DNA of 64,000 nt from Candidatus Limivicinus sp. (GTDB lineage Bacteria; Bacillota; Clostridia; Oscillospirales; Oscillospiraceae). The translations under genes were made by a program, and so were the position numbers. The stretch covers positions 9,883-73,882 of the forward strand of contig DBFSDV010000002.1 of assembly GCA_048417135.1 (NCBI GenBank), given 5' to 3'. Below, piece by piece: positions 20,878-31,135 of the stretch. How positions within the stretch are numbered: position 1 is the first letter of the stretch; each line of letters begins with the position of its first letter. A model generated the notes under the pieces. It was not told the origin of the DNA. It searched no databases and saw only the letters and a list, made by a program, of their open reading frames with translations.

Positions 20878-21606
20878 ATGAATCTGAAGCTGAAAAAACT
20901 CTTCAGGCGGAAGCAGAAGGAGCCCCACTGCTCGGTGGTGGTGGTGGCCGCCGGGAGCTCGGAGCGCATGGGCAGCGACAAGATGCTCATGACCCTGGGG
21001 GCAAAGCCCGTTATAATCAGGACCCTCATGGCTTTTCAGAAATGCCCCCTGGTGGACGACATCGTGGTGGTCACCAAGCGGGAGAAGATAATGGCCCTGG
21101 CGGACATGATAAAGCTCTACGATATCGGCAAGGTGAGCCAGGTCATCTCCGGAGGCGCCACCCGCATGGAGTCCTCTCTGGCGGGAGTCTCCGCCGTGCG
21201 CCGGGGCGCAAAGCTCATTGCCATACATGACGGGGCCCGGCCCCTGGTCACGGCGGAGCTCATAGAGCGGGTGGTGCGCGAGGCCAACGAACACATCTCT
21301 GCCGTGCCCGTAATACCCAGCACCGACACCCTGAAGAGCATAGACGAAAAGGGCGTCATCACCGGCAGCGTGGACAGGGCCTCCGTGGTGAGGGTGCAGA
21401 CCCCCCAGGTCTTTGACGCCGACATAATCAAGGGCGCTCTGACCAAGGCCGTGGAAAAGCACCTGCCCATTACCGACGACTGCTCCGCCGTGGATATGAT
21501 GGGCTTTTCCACCTATACGGTGGAGGGCGACGCAGGGAATATAAAGCTCACTCTGCCGGAGGACATGGTCCTGGCGGAGGCGATACTGAAAAGCAGAGGT
21601 GAATGA
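20878..21606 (+). CDS. ispD: 2-C-methyl-D-erythritol 4-phosphate cytidylyltransferase
   Basis: 242 aa with [12 protein letters not shown] and IHDGARP motifs. Confidence 0.9.
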   Translation: MNLKLKKLFRRKQKEPHCSVVVVAAGSSERMGSDKMLMTLGAKPVIIRTLMAFQKCPLVDDIVVVTKREKIMALADMIKLYDIGKVSQVISGGATRMESSLAGVSAVRRGAKLIAIHDGARPLVTAELIERVVREANEHISAVPVIPSTDTLKSIDEKGVITGSVDRASVVRVQTPQVFDADIIKGALTKAVEKHLPITDDCSAVDMMGFSTYTVEGDAGNIKLTLPEDMVLAEAILKSRGE

Positions 21607-22084
21607 CTTGCGTATAGGCCACGGCTATGACGTGCACCGGCTGGTGCCGGACAGGAAGCTCATCCTGGGCGGGGTGGACATCCCCTGGGAGAAGGGCCTG
21701 CTGGGCCACTCCGATGCGGACGTGCTGACCCACGCCCTTATGGACGCCCTGCTGGGGGCCGCCGCTTTGGGGGATATTGGCAAGCTCTTTCCTGACAACG
21801 ACCCAAAATACTCCGGGGCGGACAGTATAGAGCTTTTGAAACAGGTTTGCCAGGTCCTGAGGAGCCGGGGCTACGGCATATGTAATGTGGACTGCACCGT
21901 GCTGGCCCAACGGCCAAAGCTTGCCCCCCACATCCCCCTTATGAGGGAGCGGCTGGCAGAGGCAATGGGCCTGGATATCGACCGGGTGAGCGTGAAGGCC
22001 ACCACTGAGGAGGGCCTGGGCTTCACCGGCGAGGGCCTGGGCATAGCCGCCCATGCAGTGGCCCTAATTGAGAAAAGTAAATAG
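21599..22084 (+). CDS. ispF: 2-C-methyl-D-erythritol 2,4-cyclodiphosphate synthase
   Basis: (L)[11 protein letters not shown]..., [11 protein letters not shown]. The start is either GTG 21599 or TTG 21608, and it overlaps the ispD stop. Confidence 0.9.
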   Translation: MNDLRIGHGYDVHRLVPDRKLILGGVDIPWEKGLLGHSDADVLTHALMDALLGAAALGDIGKLFPDNDPKYSGADSIELLKQVCQVLRSRGYGICNVDCTVLAQRPKLAPHIPLMRERLAEAMGLDIDRVSVKATTEEGLGFTGEGLGIAAHAVALIEKSK

Positions 22085-22141
22085 CAAAGACGGAGCCTTC
22101 GCATAAGATGAACTATGTCTGTGCGAAATGATCCCCGATAC

Positions 22142-22176
22142 AAGATCCCGCACGGCTGCATGCTGCGCGGGATCTT
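22142..22176 (+). terminator. hairpin after ispF (weak terminator/attenuator)
   Basis: 10-bp stem AAGATCCCGC/GCGGGATCTT followed only by TTT. It lies inside the N-terminal extension of track ORF 22115, which argues for the later start at 22232. Confidence 0.4.
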
Positions 22177-22231
22177 TGCACGGACGGAATATTATCTCAT
22201 CGTGCCGCAAGGGCGGAGAATCTGGAGCGAT

Positions 22232-22480
22232 ATGATGCAGTATCTGATAATGTGCCGGTCCATGACCTATGCCCAGCGCAGCGCCGCCATGCTGGAGCGG
22301 GCGGGCATATCCGCAAGAGTGGTGAAAGCTCCCCAGGGGCTGAGCAGCGGTGGCTGCGGCTACGGGGTGTCACTGTACCGGCGCTTTGATGAGGCAAGGG
22401 ATTTGCTGAAAAAGAACGGACTTTTAAACGGCAAGACTTTTCTCCGTGATGAAAACGGAGACTACCGGGAGATAAATTGA
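22232..22480 (+). CDS. DUF3343-like putative S/Se carrier protein
   Basis: ~82 aa, MMQYLIMCRSMTYAQRSAAMLERAGISARVVKAPQGLSSGGCGYGV..., which is the pattern of the DUF3343 family. Confidence 0.55.
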   Translation: MMQYLIMCRSMTYAQRSAAMLERAGISARVVKAPQGLSSGGCGYGVSLYRRFDEARDLLKKNGLLNGKTFLRDENGDYREIN

Positions 22481-22568
22481 GCTCAGACTGTGAGCGGAGC
22501 TCTCTCTGTCTGCCGCTGGATGGGACGGAGCCCGTATCCTCTCGTCAGCGGCGGAAGGGAGAGCTTTT

Positions 22569-23678
22569 ATGATATATCTGGACAATGCGGCCACCACCAT
22601 GATAAAGCCTCTGGCTGTAGGCCGGGCCATGCTCAATGCCCTGCAGACCATGGCCAGCCCCGGCCGGGGAGCCCACGAACCAGCCATGAGGGCGGCCAAA
22701 ACCGTTTTCGACTGCCGCATGGAGGCGGCGGAGCTTTTCAATGTTCCCGAGCCGGAGCAGATAGTCTTTACCATGAACGCCACCCACGGCCTGAATATAG
22801 CCATAAACAGCCTGGCGCACCGGGGCACGAAGGTCCTGGTCTCCGGCTATGAGCACAACTCCGTCACCCGGCCCCTGGCGGAGCTGGGGGCGGAGATACA
22901 GGTGGCCTCCGCAGCGCCCTTTGACAGCAGCGGCATACTGGCGGCCTTTGAAAGGAAACTGCCCTGGGCGGAGCTGGTGGTCTGCACACATGTGTCCAAT
23001 GTATTCGGCTTCATACTGCCCATATACGAGATCGCCGGGCTGTGCCGCAGCCGGGGCGTGCCACTGATAGTGGACGCCTCCCAGTCCGCCGGGGCGCTGG
23101 ACGTGGACTATGGCAGACTGGGGGCGGCGTTTATCGCAATGCCCGGGCATAAGGGGCTCTTCGGCCCCCAGGGCACAGGGATACTCGTATGCTCCGGAGA
23201 GAGCAGGCCCCTTATCAGCGGGGGCTCCGGCACGGACAGCATGGTCCAGCATATGCCGGAATATCTGCCGGACCGGCTGGAGGCCGGGACCCACAACGTG
23301 TGCGGCATAGCGGGGCTGCTGGAGGGCATACGCTATGTGCGGCAAAAGGGCGTGGGGGAGATATTCGCCCATGAGAGGGCCCTGCTCCGGCACATGGCGG
23401 AAGGGCTGGGCGCGCTTGAGGGGCTGGAGCTGTTTACCGACGGCGGGCAGGACCAGAGCGGGGTGCTGTCTTTGAGAAGCGATAAAATGAACTGCGAGGA
23501 CCTGGCCTCGGCGCTGAGCGAAAGGGGAGTGTGCGTCCGGACCGGGCTGCACTGCGCCCCCTATGCCCACCGCAGCGCCGGCACCCTGGACAGCGGCACC
23601 GTGCGCTTTAGCTTCTCCCCCTTCAACACCGAAGGGGAGGTGGACTCTTGCTGCCAATTCATAAAAGATTTACTATAG
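22569..23678 (+). CDS. class V aminotransferase / group II cysteine desulfurase (or selenocysteine lyase)-like
   Basis: 369 aa, MIYLDNAATT, PLP-Lys motif AMPGHKGLFGPQGTG, and active-site loop VRTGLHCAP. Confidence 0.8.
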   Translation: MIYLDNAATTMIKPLAVGRAMLNALQTMASPGRGAHEPAMRAAKTVFDCRMEAAELFNVPEPEQIVFTMNATHGLNIAINSLAHRGTKVLVSGYEHNSVTRPLAELGAEIQVASAAPFDSSGILAAFERKLPWAELVVCTHVSNVFGFILPIYEIAGLCRSRGVPLIVDASQSAGALDVDYGRLGAAFIAMPGHKGLFGPQGTGILVCSGESRPLISGGSGTDSMVQHMPEYLPDRLEAGTHNVCGIAGLLEGIRYVRQKGVGEIFAHERALLRHMAEGLGALEGLELFTDGGQDQSGVLSLRSDKMNCEDLASALSERGVCVRTGLHCAPYAHRSAGTLDSGTVRFSFSPFNTEGEVDSCCQFIKDLL

Positions 23679-23695
23679 GGATGCAGCTAATAATG

Positions 23696-23724
23696 TTGCC
23701 TTTTTCCTTTATTTGTTATATAAT
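23696..23724 (+). promoter_or_regulatory. sigma-A promoter (TTGCCT-17-TATAAT) for cdaA operon
   Basis: Hexamers at 23696-23701 and 23719-23724. Confidence 0.5.
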
Positions 23725-23790
23725 GCTCTAATAGGTATAGACTAAACTGCAACAACAACCACACCCATTACTGATTACGGAGAAAGTCTT

Positions 23791-24630
23791 ATGGATGCAC
23801 TGAGCAACGCAATAAGCGGAGACATAAACTACCTGCTTGCCATCGGCGTGTCGGATTTTATAGATATAATAATCGTTGCCTACCTGATATATAAGGCCAT
23901 CTGGTTTCTGCGCAAGACCAATTCCTACAACCTGGCCCAGGGCCTGCTGATACTTCTGGTGGTGCTTTGGCTGTCGGATGTGTTCAAGCTGACCATGATA
24001 AACAACCTGCTGCGCAAGGCCGTGGAGCTGGGACTCATAGCGCTGCTTATCTTGTTCCAGCCGGAGCTGCGGCGCATGCTGGAGCGCATGGGCAGCAGCT
24101 TCCACTCCGGCAAGGCGGCTTCCACCACGGCCATGGACACCGCCATAAACCAGACCGTGCTGGCCTGCAGGGACATGTCCGTTTCCAGGACCGGTGCTCT
24201 TATCATATTTGAGCGCAGCGTGAAGCTGAGCAATATAATGAGCACCGGCACCGTAATCAACGCCGACACCACGGCGGAGCTTATAAAGAACATCTTCTAT
24301 AACAAGGCCCCCCTGCATGACGGAGCCATGATAATTCGGGATTGCAGGATAGCGGCGGCAGGCTGCGTCCTGCCCCTGACCCAGAACACCAATCTCAGCA
24401 AGGAGCTGGGTATGCGCCACCGGGCGGGCATAGGCCTCAGCGAGCAGTCCGATGCGGTGGTCATCATAGTCTCAGAGGAGACCGGGGCCATATCCGTGGC
24501 CATGGACGGCATGCTCAAGCGGCACCTGACCGAGCCCATGCTGGACAGGCTGCTTCACAGCGAGCTTATCCGGGAAGATAACGAGCAGGACAAGAAGAGC
24601 ATCAAGAACCTGCTCAAAAAGCTGTTTTGA
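23791..24630 (+). CDS. cdaA: diadenylate cyclase CdaA (membrane-anchored DAC domain)
   Basis: 279 aa with 3 N-terminal TM helices and DAC motifs LHDGAMII and RHRAGIGLSEQSDAVVIIVSEETG. Confidence 0.9.
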   Translation: MDALSNAISGDINYLLAIGVSDFIDIIIVAYLIYKAIWFLRKTNSYNLAQGLLILLVVLWLSDVFKLTMINNLLRKAVELGLIALLILFQPELRRMLERMGSSFHSGKAASTTAMDTAINQTVLACRDMSVSRTGALIIFERSVKLSNIMSTGTVINADTTAELIKNIFYNKAPLHDGAMIIRDCRIAAAGCVLPLTQNTNLSKELGMRHRAGIGLSEQSDAVVIIVSEETGAISVAMDGMLKRHLTEPMLDRLLHSELIREDNEQDKKSIKNLLKKLF

Positions 24631-24656
24631 ACTGTAAACGGTGGAGACGAAAAACG

Positions 24657-25898
24657 ATGAAAAAACTCTATGACAGCAGAGCCTTCTGGATGATAGTCTC
24701 TCTCCTTGCCTCCATGACGCTGTGGATATATGTTTCCAGCGTGGACAAGGAGGAGATAACCCGCGTCTTCCGGGGCGTAAAGGTGGAGCTGGAAGGCGAA
24801 GATATACTGAGGGACAGCCGCAACCTGGTTATAACGGATCTGGACACCAGCACGGTCACCGTGGAGCTGAAGGGGCCCCGGCGAATAATCGGCTCCTGGG
24901 ATGCCGACTCCATCACCGCGGTCATCGACGTGAGCTCCATAACCCGCTCGGCATACACCTCCAAGCAATACACCATAAGATACCCGGACGGGACGGATAC
25001 CAGCAGCATCACCGAATCCAGCCGATCTCCGGAGACCATCAACTTCATGGTCTCCTCCCAGGTCTCAAAGACCATCCAGGTGAGAGGCAGCTTTGACGGG
25101 GAACTGGCAGAGGGCTACACGGCGGAGATGCCGGTGTTTGAGCCCTCCACCATAGTCGTCACCGGGGCCGAGACCTATATAAAGGACGTGTCCTACGCCT
25201 GGGTGACCTTCGGCGAAGGCGTGGTGGACAGCACCTATTCGGTGGAGACCGGCTTCACCCTCATGGACGAGGGCGGCACGCCCCTGTCCAATACGGGCAT
25301 CACCTTCTCTACCGACGTTGTCACCGCCACACTTCCGGTGCTGGTGCTGAAGGAAGTGAAGCTGGACGTGAACCTTATCGAAGGCGCCGGGGCCACCGCC
25401 GCAAATACCAAGGTGACCGTGGAGCCCTCCACCCTGACGCTGGCAGGGGACTCCGCCATCCTTGAGGGCATGAACCGCATAGTCCTGGATACCATAGACC
25501 TCACCGACTTCACCAGCACCTTCAGTGACGTGTATACCATCCCCCTGGATAACGGGCTGAGGAATATCACCGGGACCACCGAGGCAAAGGTCACCATAGA
25601 GATAAGCGGCCTGAGCACCAAGGACTTCAAGGTGAGCAATATCTCCTATATCAACAATACCCAGGGCTATGAGGCCACCGTCCTGTCGGAGAGCCTGAAC
25701 GTGAAGCTCAGGGGCAGCGAGGAGCTGCTGTCTCAGGTGAAGGCAGAGAACATCCGGGCAGTGGCGGACCTGGCGGACTTTGACGAATCCACGGGCACCT
25801 ATTTGGCCCCGGTGAAGATCTACATCGACGGCTTTACGGATGTGGGAGCTCTGGGAGAATACAGCGTGTCCATTGAGATAAGAAAGGTGAGCGGATGA
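24657..25898 (+). CDS. cdaR: CdaA regulatory protein CdaR (YbbR-domain repeats)
   Basis: It has an N-terminal TM and repeated YbbR-like beta modules, and lies directly after cdaA. The ATG at 24657 follows GGTGGAG. Confidence 0.8.
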   Translation: MKKLYDSRAFWMIVSLLASMTLWIYVSSVDKEEITRVFRGVKVELEGEDILRDSRNLVITDLDTSTVTVELKGPRRIIGSWDADSITAVIDVSSITRSAYTSKQYTIRYPDGTDTSSITESSRSPETINFMVSSQVSKTIQVRGSFDGELAEGYTAEMPVFEPSTIVVTGAETYIKDVSYAWVTFGEGVVDSTYSVETGFTLMDEGGTPLSNTGITFSTDVVTATLPVLVLKEVKLDVNLIEGAGATAANTKVTVEPSTLTLAGDSAILEGMNRIVLDTIDLTDFTSTFSDVYTIPLDNGLRNITGTTEAKVTIEISGLSTKDFKVSNISYINNTQGYEATVLSESLNVKLRGSEELLSQVKAENIRAVADLADFDESTGTYLAPVKIYIDGFTDVGALGEYSVSIEIRKVSG

Positions 25899-26323
25899 CA
25901 CAGGATGCAGTAGTTACAAAGCTCCTGCCGGACAACATGGCGGAGGTGGCAGTGGCCAGGACCACCGCCTGCGGCGGGAACTGCGGCAGCTGTGAAAGCT
26001 GCATATTCCAGAGCCAGCTGAAAACACCGGCCAGGAATCTGGTGGGAGCAAAGCCCGGCCAGCGGGTGATTATCCAGAGCAAGTCCTCCGCCATATACAA
26101 GGCGGCGCTGCTGGTGTATGTGTTCCCCCTGCTCCTCACCCTTTTGGGCTATCTTCTGGCCTACCTGGCGGGGGCCCCGGAAGGCGGCTGCGTAGGGGCG
26201 GCCTTTGCGGGGCTTGCGCTGGGCGCGGCCCTGGTGGTGCTGAGCCAGCGCATGAAAAAGGACAAGGATAAAGAGATCAGCTTCGATATCGTCCGGCTGG
26301 TTGGAACGGAGGACAAGCAATGA
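25895..26323 (+). CDS. RseC/MucC (SoxR-reducing system) family membrane protein
   Basis: 142 aa with an N-terminal Cys cluster (ACGGNCGSCESC) and 2 TM helices. ATGA overlaps occur with both cdaR and yicC. Confidence 0.7.
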   Translation: MTQDAVVTKLLPDNMAEVAVARTTACGGNCGSCESCIFQSQLKTPARNLVGAKPGQRVIIQSKSSAIYKAALLVYVFPLLLTLLGYLLAYLAGAPEGGCVGAAFAGLALGAALVVLSQRMKKDKDKEISFDIVRLVGTEDKQ

Positions 26324-27198
26324 TAAAAAGCATGACCGGTTACGGCGGGGCCAAGGGCTCCGTAGAGGGGCTGGAGATAAGCGTCGAGCTCAAGAGCGTC
26401 AACAACAGGTATCTGGATACCTCGGTGCGCCTGCCCCGCAGCTTCCTGTTTGCGGAAGACGGAGTCAAGGCCGCGGTGCAGCGGCATATAAGCCGGGGCA
26501 AGGTAGACGTGTTCGTGAGCGTGGATTCCTCCGCCGCCGGGGACATGACCGTGAAGATAAACCAGCCGCTGCTGAAGGGCTATATAGAGGCCGTCAGCAG
26601 CATCGCCAGGGACTACGGCCTCACAAACGACCTGAGCGCCATGAACGTCTGCCGCTTCCCGGATGTGCTGTCTGTTGAGAAAAAGGAGATGGACGCCGAG
26701 GCCATCACCGCCGGCATCATAGCCGTCACCGAGCAGGCCCTGGAGGACTTTGACTCCATGCGCCTGCGGGAAGGGGAAAAGCTCAGGGACGACGTGCTCT
26801 CAAAGCTGGAGACCATAGACTCCCTGGTGAGCATAGTTGAGCAGGAGAGCCCCAAGACCCTGGCGGATTACAGGGCTAGGCTGGAGAGCAAGATGGCCGA
26901 GGTGCTGGGCAGCGCCGGCATCGACGAGAACCGCATTCTGGCGGAGGCCGCGATCTTTGCCGACCGCATCGCCGTGGACGAGGAGACCGTGCGGCTGCGC
27001 AGCCACATGTCCCAGCTGAGGACCATGGTCTCCGGCAGCTCGCCCACCGGCCGTAAGATAGACTTTCTCATCCAGGAGTTCAACCGGGAGGCCAACACCA
27101 TCGGCTCCAAGTGCCAGAACTCCCACATCGCCCATGTTGTGGTGGACCTGAAGTCCGAGATAGAAAAGATAAGAGAACAGATACAGAACATAGAATAG
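26320..27198 (+). CDS. yicC: YicC-family stress-induced protein (endoribonuclease)
   Basis: 292 aa, MIKSMTGYG..., with C-terminus [12 protein letters not shown]...[13 protein letters not shown]. Confidence 0.9.
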   Translation: MIKSMTGYGGAKGSVEGLEISVELKSVNNRYLDTSVRLPRSFLFAEDGVKAAVQRHISRGKVDVFVSVDSSAAGDMTVKINQPLLKGYIEAVSSIARDYGLTNDLSAMNVCRFPDVLSVEKKEMDAEAITAGIIAVTEQALEDFDSMRLREGEKLRDDVLSKLETIDSLVSIVEQESPKTLADYRARLESKMAEVLGSAGIDENRILAEAAIFADRIAVDEETVRLRSHMSQLRTMVSGSSPTGRKIDFLIQEFNREANTIGSKCQNSHIAHVVVDLKSEIEKIREQIQNIE

Positions 27199-27208
27199 GC
27201 GGTGCCGG

Positions 27209-27475
27209 ATGAAACTTGTGAGCATAGGCTTCGGCAACCTGGTCTCCGCCGGGAAGATAGTCTCCATAGTCAGTCCCGAATCCGCCCCTATCAAGCGCAT
27301 GATCCAGGAGACCAGGGAAAAGGGACTATTGATAGACGCCTCTTTCGGCAGGAGCACCAAGGCCGTCATTATAATGGACAGCGGGAACGTGGTGCTCTCG
27401 GCGCTGACGCCGGAGGTAATAGCAGACAGGTGCAAAGAAATAACAGAGGGGGAAAACAATGAAAGAGAAGGGTAA
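27209..27475 (+). CDS. remA: RemA/DUF370 family regulator
   Basis: 88 aa. [25 protein letters not shown]...G.LIDA..GR.T.AVIIMDS closely parallels B. subtilis RemA. Confidence 0.9.
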   Translation: MKLVSIGFGNLVSAGKIVSIVSPESAPIKRMIQETREKGLLIDASFGRSTKAVIIMDSGNVVLSALTPEVIADRCKEITEGENNEREG

Positions 27476-28052
27476 GCTTTTTGTTATTTCCGGGCCTTCC
27501 GGGGCAGGAAAGAGTACTGTTGTGTTCAAAGCCATGGAGGACAGGGACGACGTGTGCTTCTCCACCTCCGTGACCACCAGGAAGCCCAGACCCGGGGAAA
27601 TGGACGGCAGGGAGTACTTCTTCGTCGACCTTGACAGGTTCAGTGAAATGGTGGAGAATGACGAACTGCTGGAGCACGCCGAGTACGTGGCCAATTCCTA
27701 CGGGACCCCCAGGGCCTATGTGGAGGAAAAGCTTGCCGAGGGCATGAACGTCATCCTGGATATCGAGGTCCAGGGAGCCCGGCAGGTGAACGAGAAGAAG
27801 CCTGACTCCATCAAGATTTTCATCATCCCGCCCTCTCTCGAGGAGCTGGAACGCCGCCTCAAGGGCCGGGGCACCGATACCCCCAGAGCCATAGAGGCCA
27901 GGCTCATCCGGGCTCGGCAGGAATATAAAGAGGCAAACTTCTACGACTATATCATAATCAACGACGACGCGGAACGTGCGGCAAAGGAGCTGGCAGCCAT
28001 AATGACGGCTGAGCACTGCCGGGCCGCGGACAAGATGGATTATCTTAAATAA
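27459..28052 (+). CDS. gmk: guanylate kinase
   Basis: [32 protein letters not shown]. Confidence 0.95.
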   Translation: MKEKGKLFVISGPSGAGKSTVVFKAMEDRDDVCFSTSVTTRKPRPGEMDGREYFFVDLDRFSEMVENDELLEHAEYVANSYGTPRAYVEEKLAEGMNVILDIEVQGARQVNEKKPDSIKIFIIPPSLEELERRLKGRGTDTPRAIEARLIRARQEYKEANFYDYIIINDDAERAAKELAAIMTAEHCRAADKMDYLK

Positions 28053-28103
28053 ATCTGTGTATCTGGCAGGCCGCAGCCATAAGCGGCAGATAGGAGAATT
28101 ATT

Positions 28104-28298
28104 ATGATGCTTTATCCCCCCGTAGCAGATCTGGTAGACAAGATCGGCAGCCGTTATCAGCTTGTGAACCTGGTGGCCAGAAGGGCCCGCACCATCTCCG
28201 CCGAGGCGGAGGAGAAGCAGATACCTCTGGACAAGAAGGCCGTTTCCATCGCCATCGACGAGGTATACACCGGCAAGCTGAGCATAGATGAGCATTGA
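28104..28298 (+). CDS. rpoZ: DNA-directed RNA polymerase subunit omega
   Basis: 64 aa with ...SRYQLVNLVARRARTI. The gmk-rpoZ synteny is conserved. Confidence 0.85.
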   Translation: MMLYPPVADLVDKIGSRYQLVNLVARRARTISAEAEEKQIPLDKKAVSIAIDEVYTGKLSIDEH

Positions 28299-28335
28299 GT
28301 AGCAGCGCAGTCCCTTCGGGCAGGGAGGAGCATAT

Positions 28336-30585
28336 ATGCCGGGACGTGTAGCAAAGGTTGCGGTGGCCGCCGCCAGATATTGGCTGGACAGGCCCTATGA
28401 CTATCTCATCCCGGAGGAGCTGGAGGAAAAGGCTCTGCCGGGAGCAAGAGTATATGTGCCCTTTGCCCGGGGCAACCGCCGCAGCGAGGGGCTCATCCTT
28501 GCCGTGGCGGACAGCAGCGCCTATGACAAGCTGAAAGCCATAACCGCCGTGCTGGACGAGAAGCCGGTGCTGACGCCGGAGCAGATAAAGCTGGCCCTCT
28601 TCATGAGGGAGCGCTTTTTCTGCACCGTGTTCGATGCAGCCAAGGCCATGCTCCCGGCAGGGCTCTGGTTCAACAGCGAGGGGCGCCGCCGGGTAGGGGA
28701 CAAGACCCTGGAAATGGCCAGGCTCACTCTTAGCCCCGAGGACGCCTCCGCCATAGCCAACAACAAACGGGTCCGCTCGCCTCAGCAGGCCAATCTGCTG
28801 GAGCTGCTGTGCAGCTTTGAATCCCTTCCCAGCCGGGAGCTGCTGCAGTTTACCGGAGCATCCCGCCAGAGCCTGAAGGCCCTTCAAAAGGCCGGACTTA
28901 TAGAGCTGTACTCCAGGGAGGCCTACCGCAGACCGGAAATACACCTGGGAGAGCCGGAGCCCCTGCCTGTGCTGAATGCTGAGCAGCAGGAGGTGTTTGA
29001 GGGTATCCGGGCTCTGGCCGGTTCCGGGAAGAGCGGGGCCGCCCTGCTTTTCGGTATTACCGGAAGCGGCAAGACCAGCGTGTATATCCACCTGATCATG
29101 GAGCAGCTGAAGCGGGGGAAGAGCGCCCTGCTTCTGGTGCCTGAGATAGCCCTGACCCCCCAGATGATACAGACCTTTTCCTCCCACTTCGGGGACGAAG
29201 TGGCGGTGCTCCACAGCAGCCTCTCCCTGGGAGAGCGCTATGACGAGTGGAAGCGCATAAAAGCCGGGAAGGCCAGACTCACCATAGGCACCAGAAGCGC
29301 CGTCTTCGCCCCGGCGGAGGACCTGGGCATCGTCATTATAGACGAGGAGCAGGAGGAGACCTACAAGTCGGAAAATACCCCCCGCTACAATGCCCTGGAC
29401 GTGGCCAAGTTCCGCTGTGCCGGAGCCGGGGCCCTGCTGCTGCTGGGCTCGGCCACTCCGGATATAGTTAGCATGTACAGGGCCCAAAAGGGCATTTATT
29501 CCTACTTTGAGCTGAAGAACAGATATAACGACATGACGCTCCCGGAAGTGGAGATAGTGGACATGAAGCGGGAGCTGCGCCGGGGAAACGGCGGCAACAT
29601 CAGCAGCCGCCTGAGAGAAGAACTGGAAGAGAATATAGCCCGGGGCGAACAGAGCATACTGTTTATAAACCGCCGGGGAGCCAATAAGCTTATAAGCTGC
29701 GGCGAGTGCGGTTATACCTATAAATGTCCCAGATGCAGCGTCTCTCTCACTTATCACAGCAATAACCGGCGTCTTATGTGCCACTACTGCGGCTACTCCC
29801 GCTGGGTGGACCAGGCCTGCCCGGAATGCGGCGGGACGCTGAACTATATAGGGGCCGGCACCCAGCTGGTGGAGGAGGAGCTGAAACAGCTCTTTCCCGG
29901 GGTGGAGGTCATGCGTATGGATACGGATGCGGTGACCCCGGTGGGCTCCCATGAGGAACTCTTCGAGCGCTTTCGGAAGGAGCGTATCCCCATCATGGTG
30001 GGCACCCAGATGGTGACCAAGGGCCTGAACTTTGAAAACGTGACCCTGGTGGGCGTACTGTCCGCCGACCAAAGCCTGTATGCCGGCAATTACAAGGCCG
30101 GCGAACGGACCTTCTCCCTCATCACCCAGGTGGTGGGCAGAAGCGGCAGAGGCTCCAAGCCCGGCCGGGCCGTGATACAGACCTATACCCCGGAAAACGA
30201 GACCATTAAACAGGCTGCCCGCCAGAACTATATGGACTTTTACCATTCGGAGATACAGCTGCGCCGTATTCAGCAGCTGCCCCCCTTCAGCGAGCTGTTC
30301 GCCCTGAGCGCCTCCGGCCAGGTGGAGGAGCACGTGGCGGCCGCCTGCCGCTATATGAAGGCCCGGCTGGAGGACAGCCTGGGCAACAGCGGCAAGGCCA
30401 GGATACTGGGCCCCAGCCCTCTGCCGGTGGTAAAGGTGAATAACCGCTACCGCTACAGGGTGACGGTGGCCGCCCCTTACGGGGCGGGGATTCGGGGGCT
30501 GCTGTCCCAGGTGATAGTGGAGTGCAGCACCGACAAGCGCTTTTCGGACGTGTCCGTGTTTGCGGACAATGACCCCCTGGATTAG
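28336..30585 (+). CDS. priA: primosomal replication-restart helicase PriA
   Basis: 749 aa with Walker A GITGSGKT, DEEQE and the Cys-rich Zn region CGECGYTYKCPRCS...CHYCG...CPECG. Confidence 0.95.
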   Translation: MPGRVAKVAVAAARYWLDRPYDYLIPEELEEKALPGARVYVPFARGNRRSEGLILAVADSSAYDKLKAITAVLDEKPVLTPEQIKLALFMRERFFCTVFDAAKAMLPAGLWFNSEGRRRVGDKTLEMARLTLSPEDASAIANNKRVRSPQQANLLELLCSFESLPSRELLQFTGASRQSLKALQKAGLIELYSREAYRRPEIHLGEPEPLPVLNAEQQEVFEGIRALAGSGKSGAALLFGITGSGKTSVYIHLIMEQLKRGKSALLLVPEIALTPQMIQTFSSHFGDEVAVLHSSLSLGERYDEWKRIKAGKARLTIGTRSAVFAPAEDLGIVIIDEEQEETYKSENTPRYNALDVAKFRCAGAGALLLLGSATPDIVSMYRAQKGIYSYFELKNRYNDMTLPEVEIVDMKRELRRGNGGNISSRLREELEENIARGEQSILFINRRGANKLISCGECGYTYKCPRCSVSLTYHSNNRRLMCHYCGYSRWVDQACPECGGTLNYIGAGTQLVEEELKQLFPGVEVMRMDTDAVTPVGSHEELFERFRKERIPIMVGTQMVTKGLNFENVTLVGVLSADQSLYAGNYKAGERTFSLITQVVGRSGRGSKPGRAVIQTYTPENETIKQAARQNYMDFYHSEIQLRRIQQLPPFSELFALSASGQVEEHVAAACRYMKARLEDSLGNSGKARILGPSPLPVVKVNNRYRYRVTVAAPYGAGIRGLLSQVIVECSTDKRFSDVSVFADNDPLD

Positions 30586-30624
30586 TATATTATCCGGCAG
30601 TGCCGGTGGAACGGAGAGGGAAAA

Positions 30625-31134
30625 ATGGCTAGGAGAAATATTCTTGTAAAGGGCGAAGCGGCGCTGGCAAAGCACTGCCGCCCGGTAACGGAGTTCAATG
30701 AGAGGCTCCACACCCTGCTGGACGACATGGCCGAGACTCTGGCAAGTGAAAACGGCGTGGGCCTGGCGGCGCCCCAGGTGGGCGTGCTGCGCCGGGCTGT
30801 CATCGTGCTGGAGACCAATGTGCCGGAGGGTGAAGAGGAATATATCATCGAGCTCATAAACCCCGAGATAGTGGAGACCTCCGGCGAGCAGTACGGGCCG
30901 GAGGGCTGCCTCAGCATCCCCGGGGAGTTCGGCCTGGTGAAGCGCCCCTTCCGGGTGAAGGTGAGAGCCCAGGACCGGAACGGGGAGTGGTTCGAGGTGG
31001 AGGGCACCGGCCTCACCGGCCGCTGCTTCTGCCATGAGCTGGACCATCTGGAGGGCATACTCTTCACCGATATCTGCGACAGGATGCTCACCGAGGAGGA
31101 GCTGGAGAGCGGAGAGTTCCAGCAAGAGGATTGA
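30625..31134 (+). CDS. def: peptide deformylase
   Basis: GVGLAAPQVG, EGCLSIPG and HELDHLEG motifs. Confidence 0.95.
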   Translation: MARRNILVKGEAALAKHCRPVTEFNERLHTLLDDMAETLASENGVGLAAPQVGVLRRAVIVLETNVPEGEEEYIIELINPEIVETSGEQYGPEGCLSIPGEFGLVKRPFRVKVRAQDRNGEWFEVEGTGLTGRCFCHELDHLEGILFTDICDRMLTEEELESGEFQQED

Positions 31135-31135
31135 T

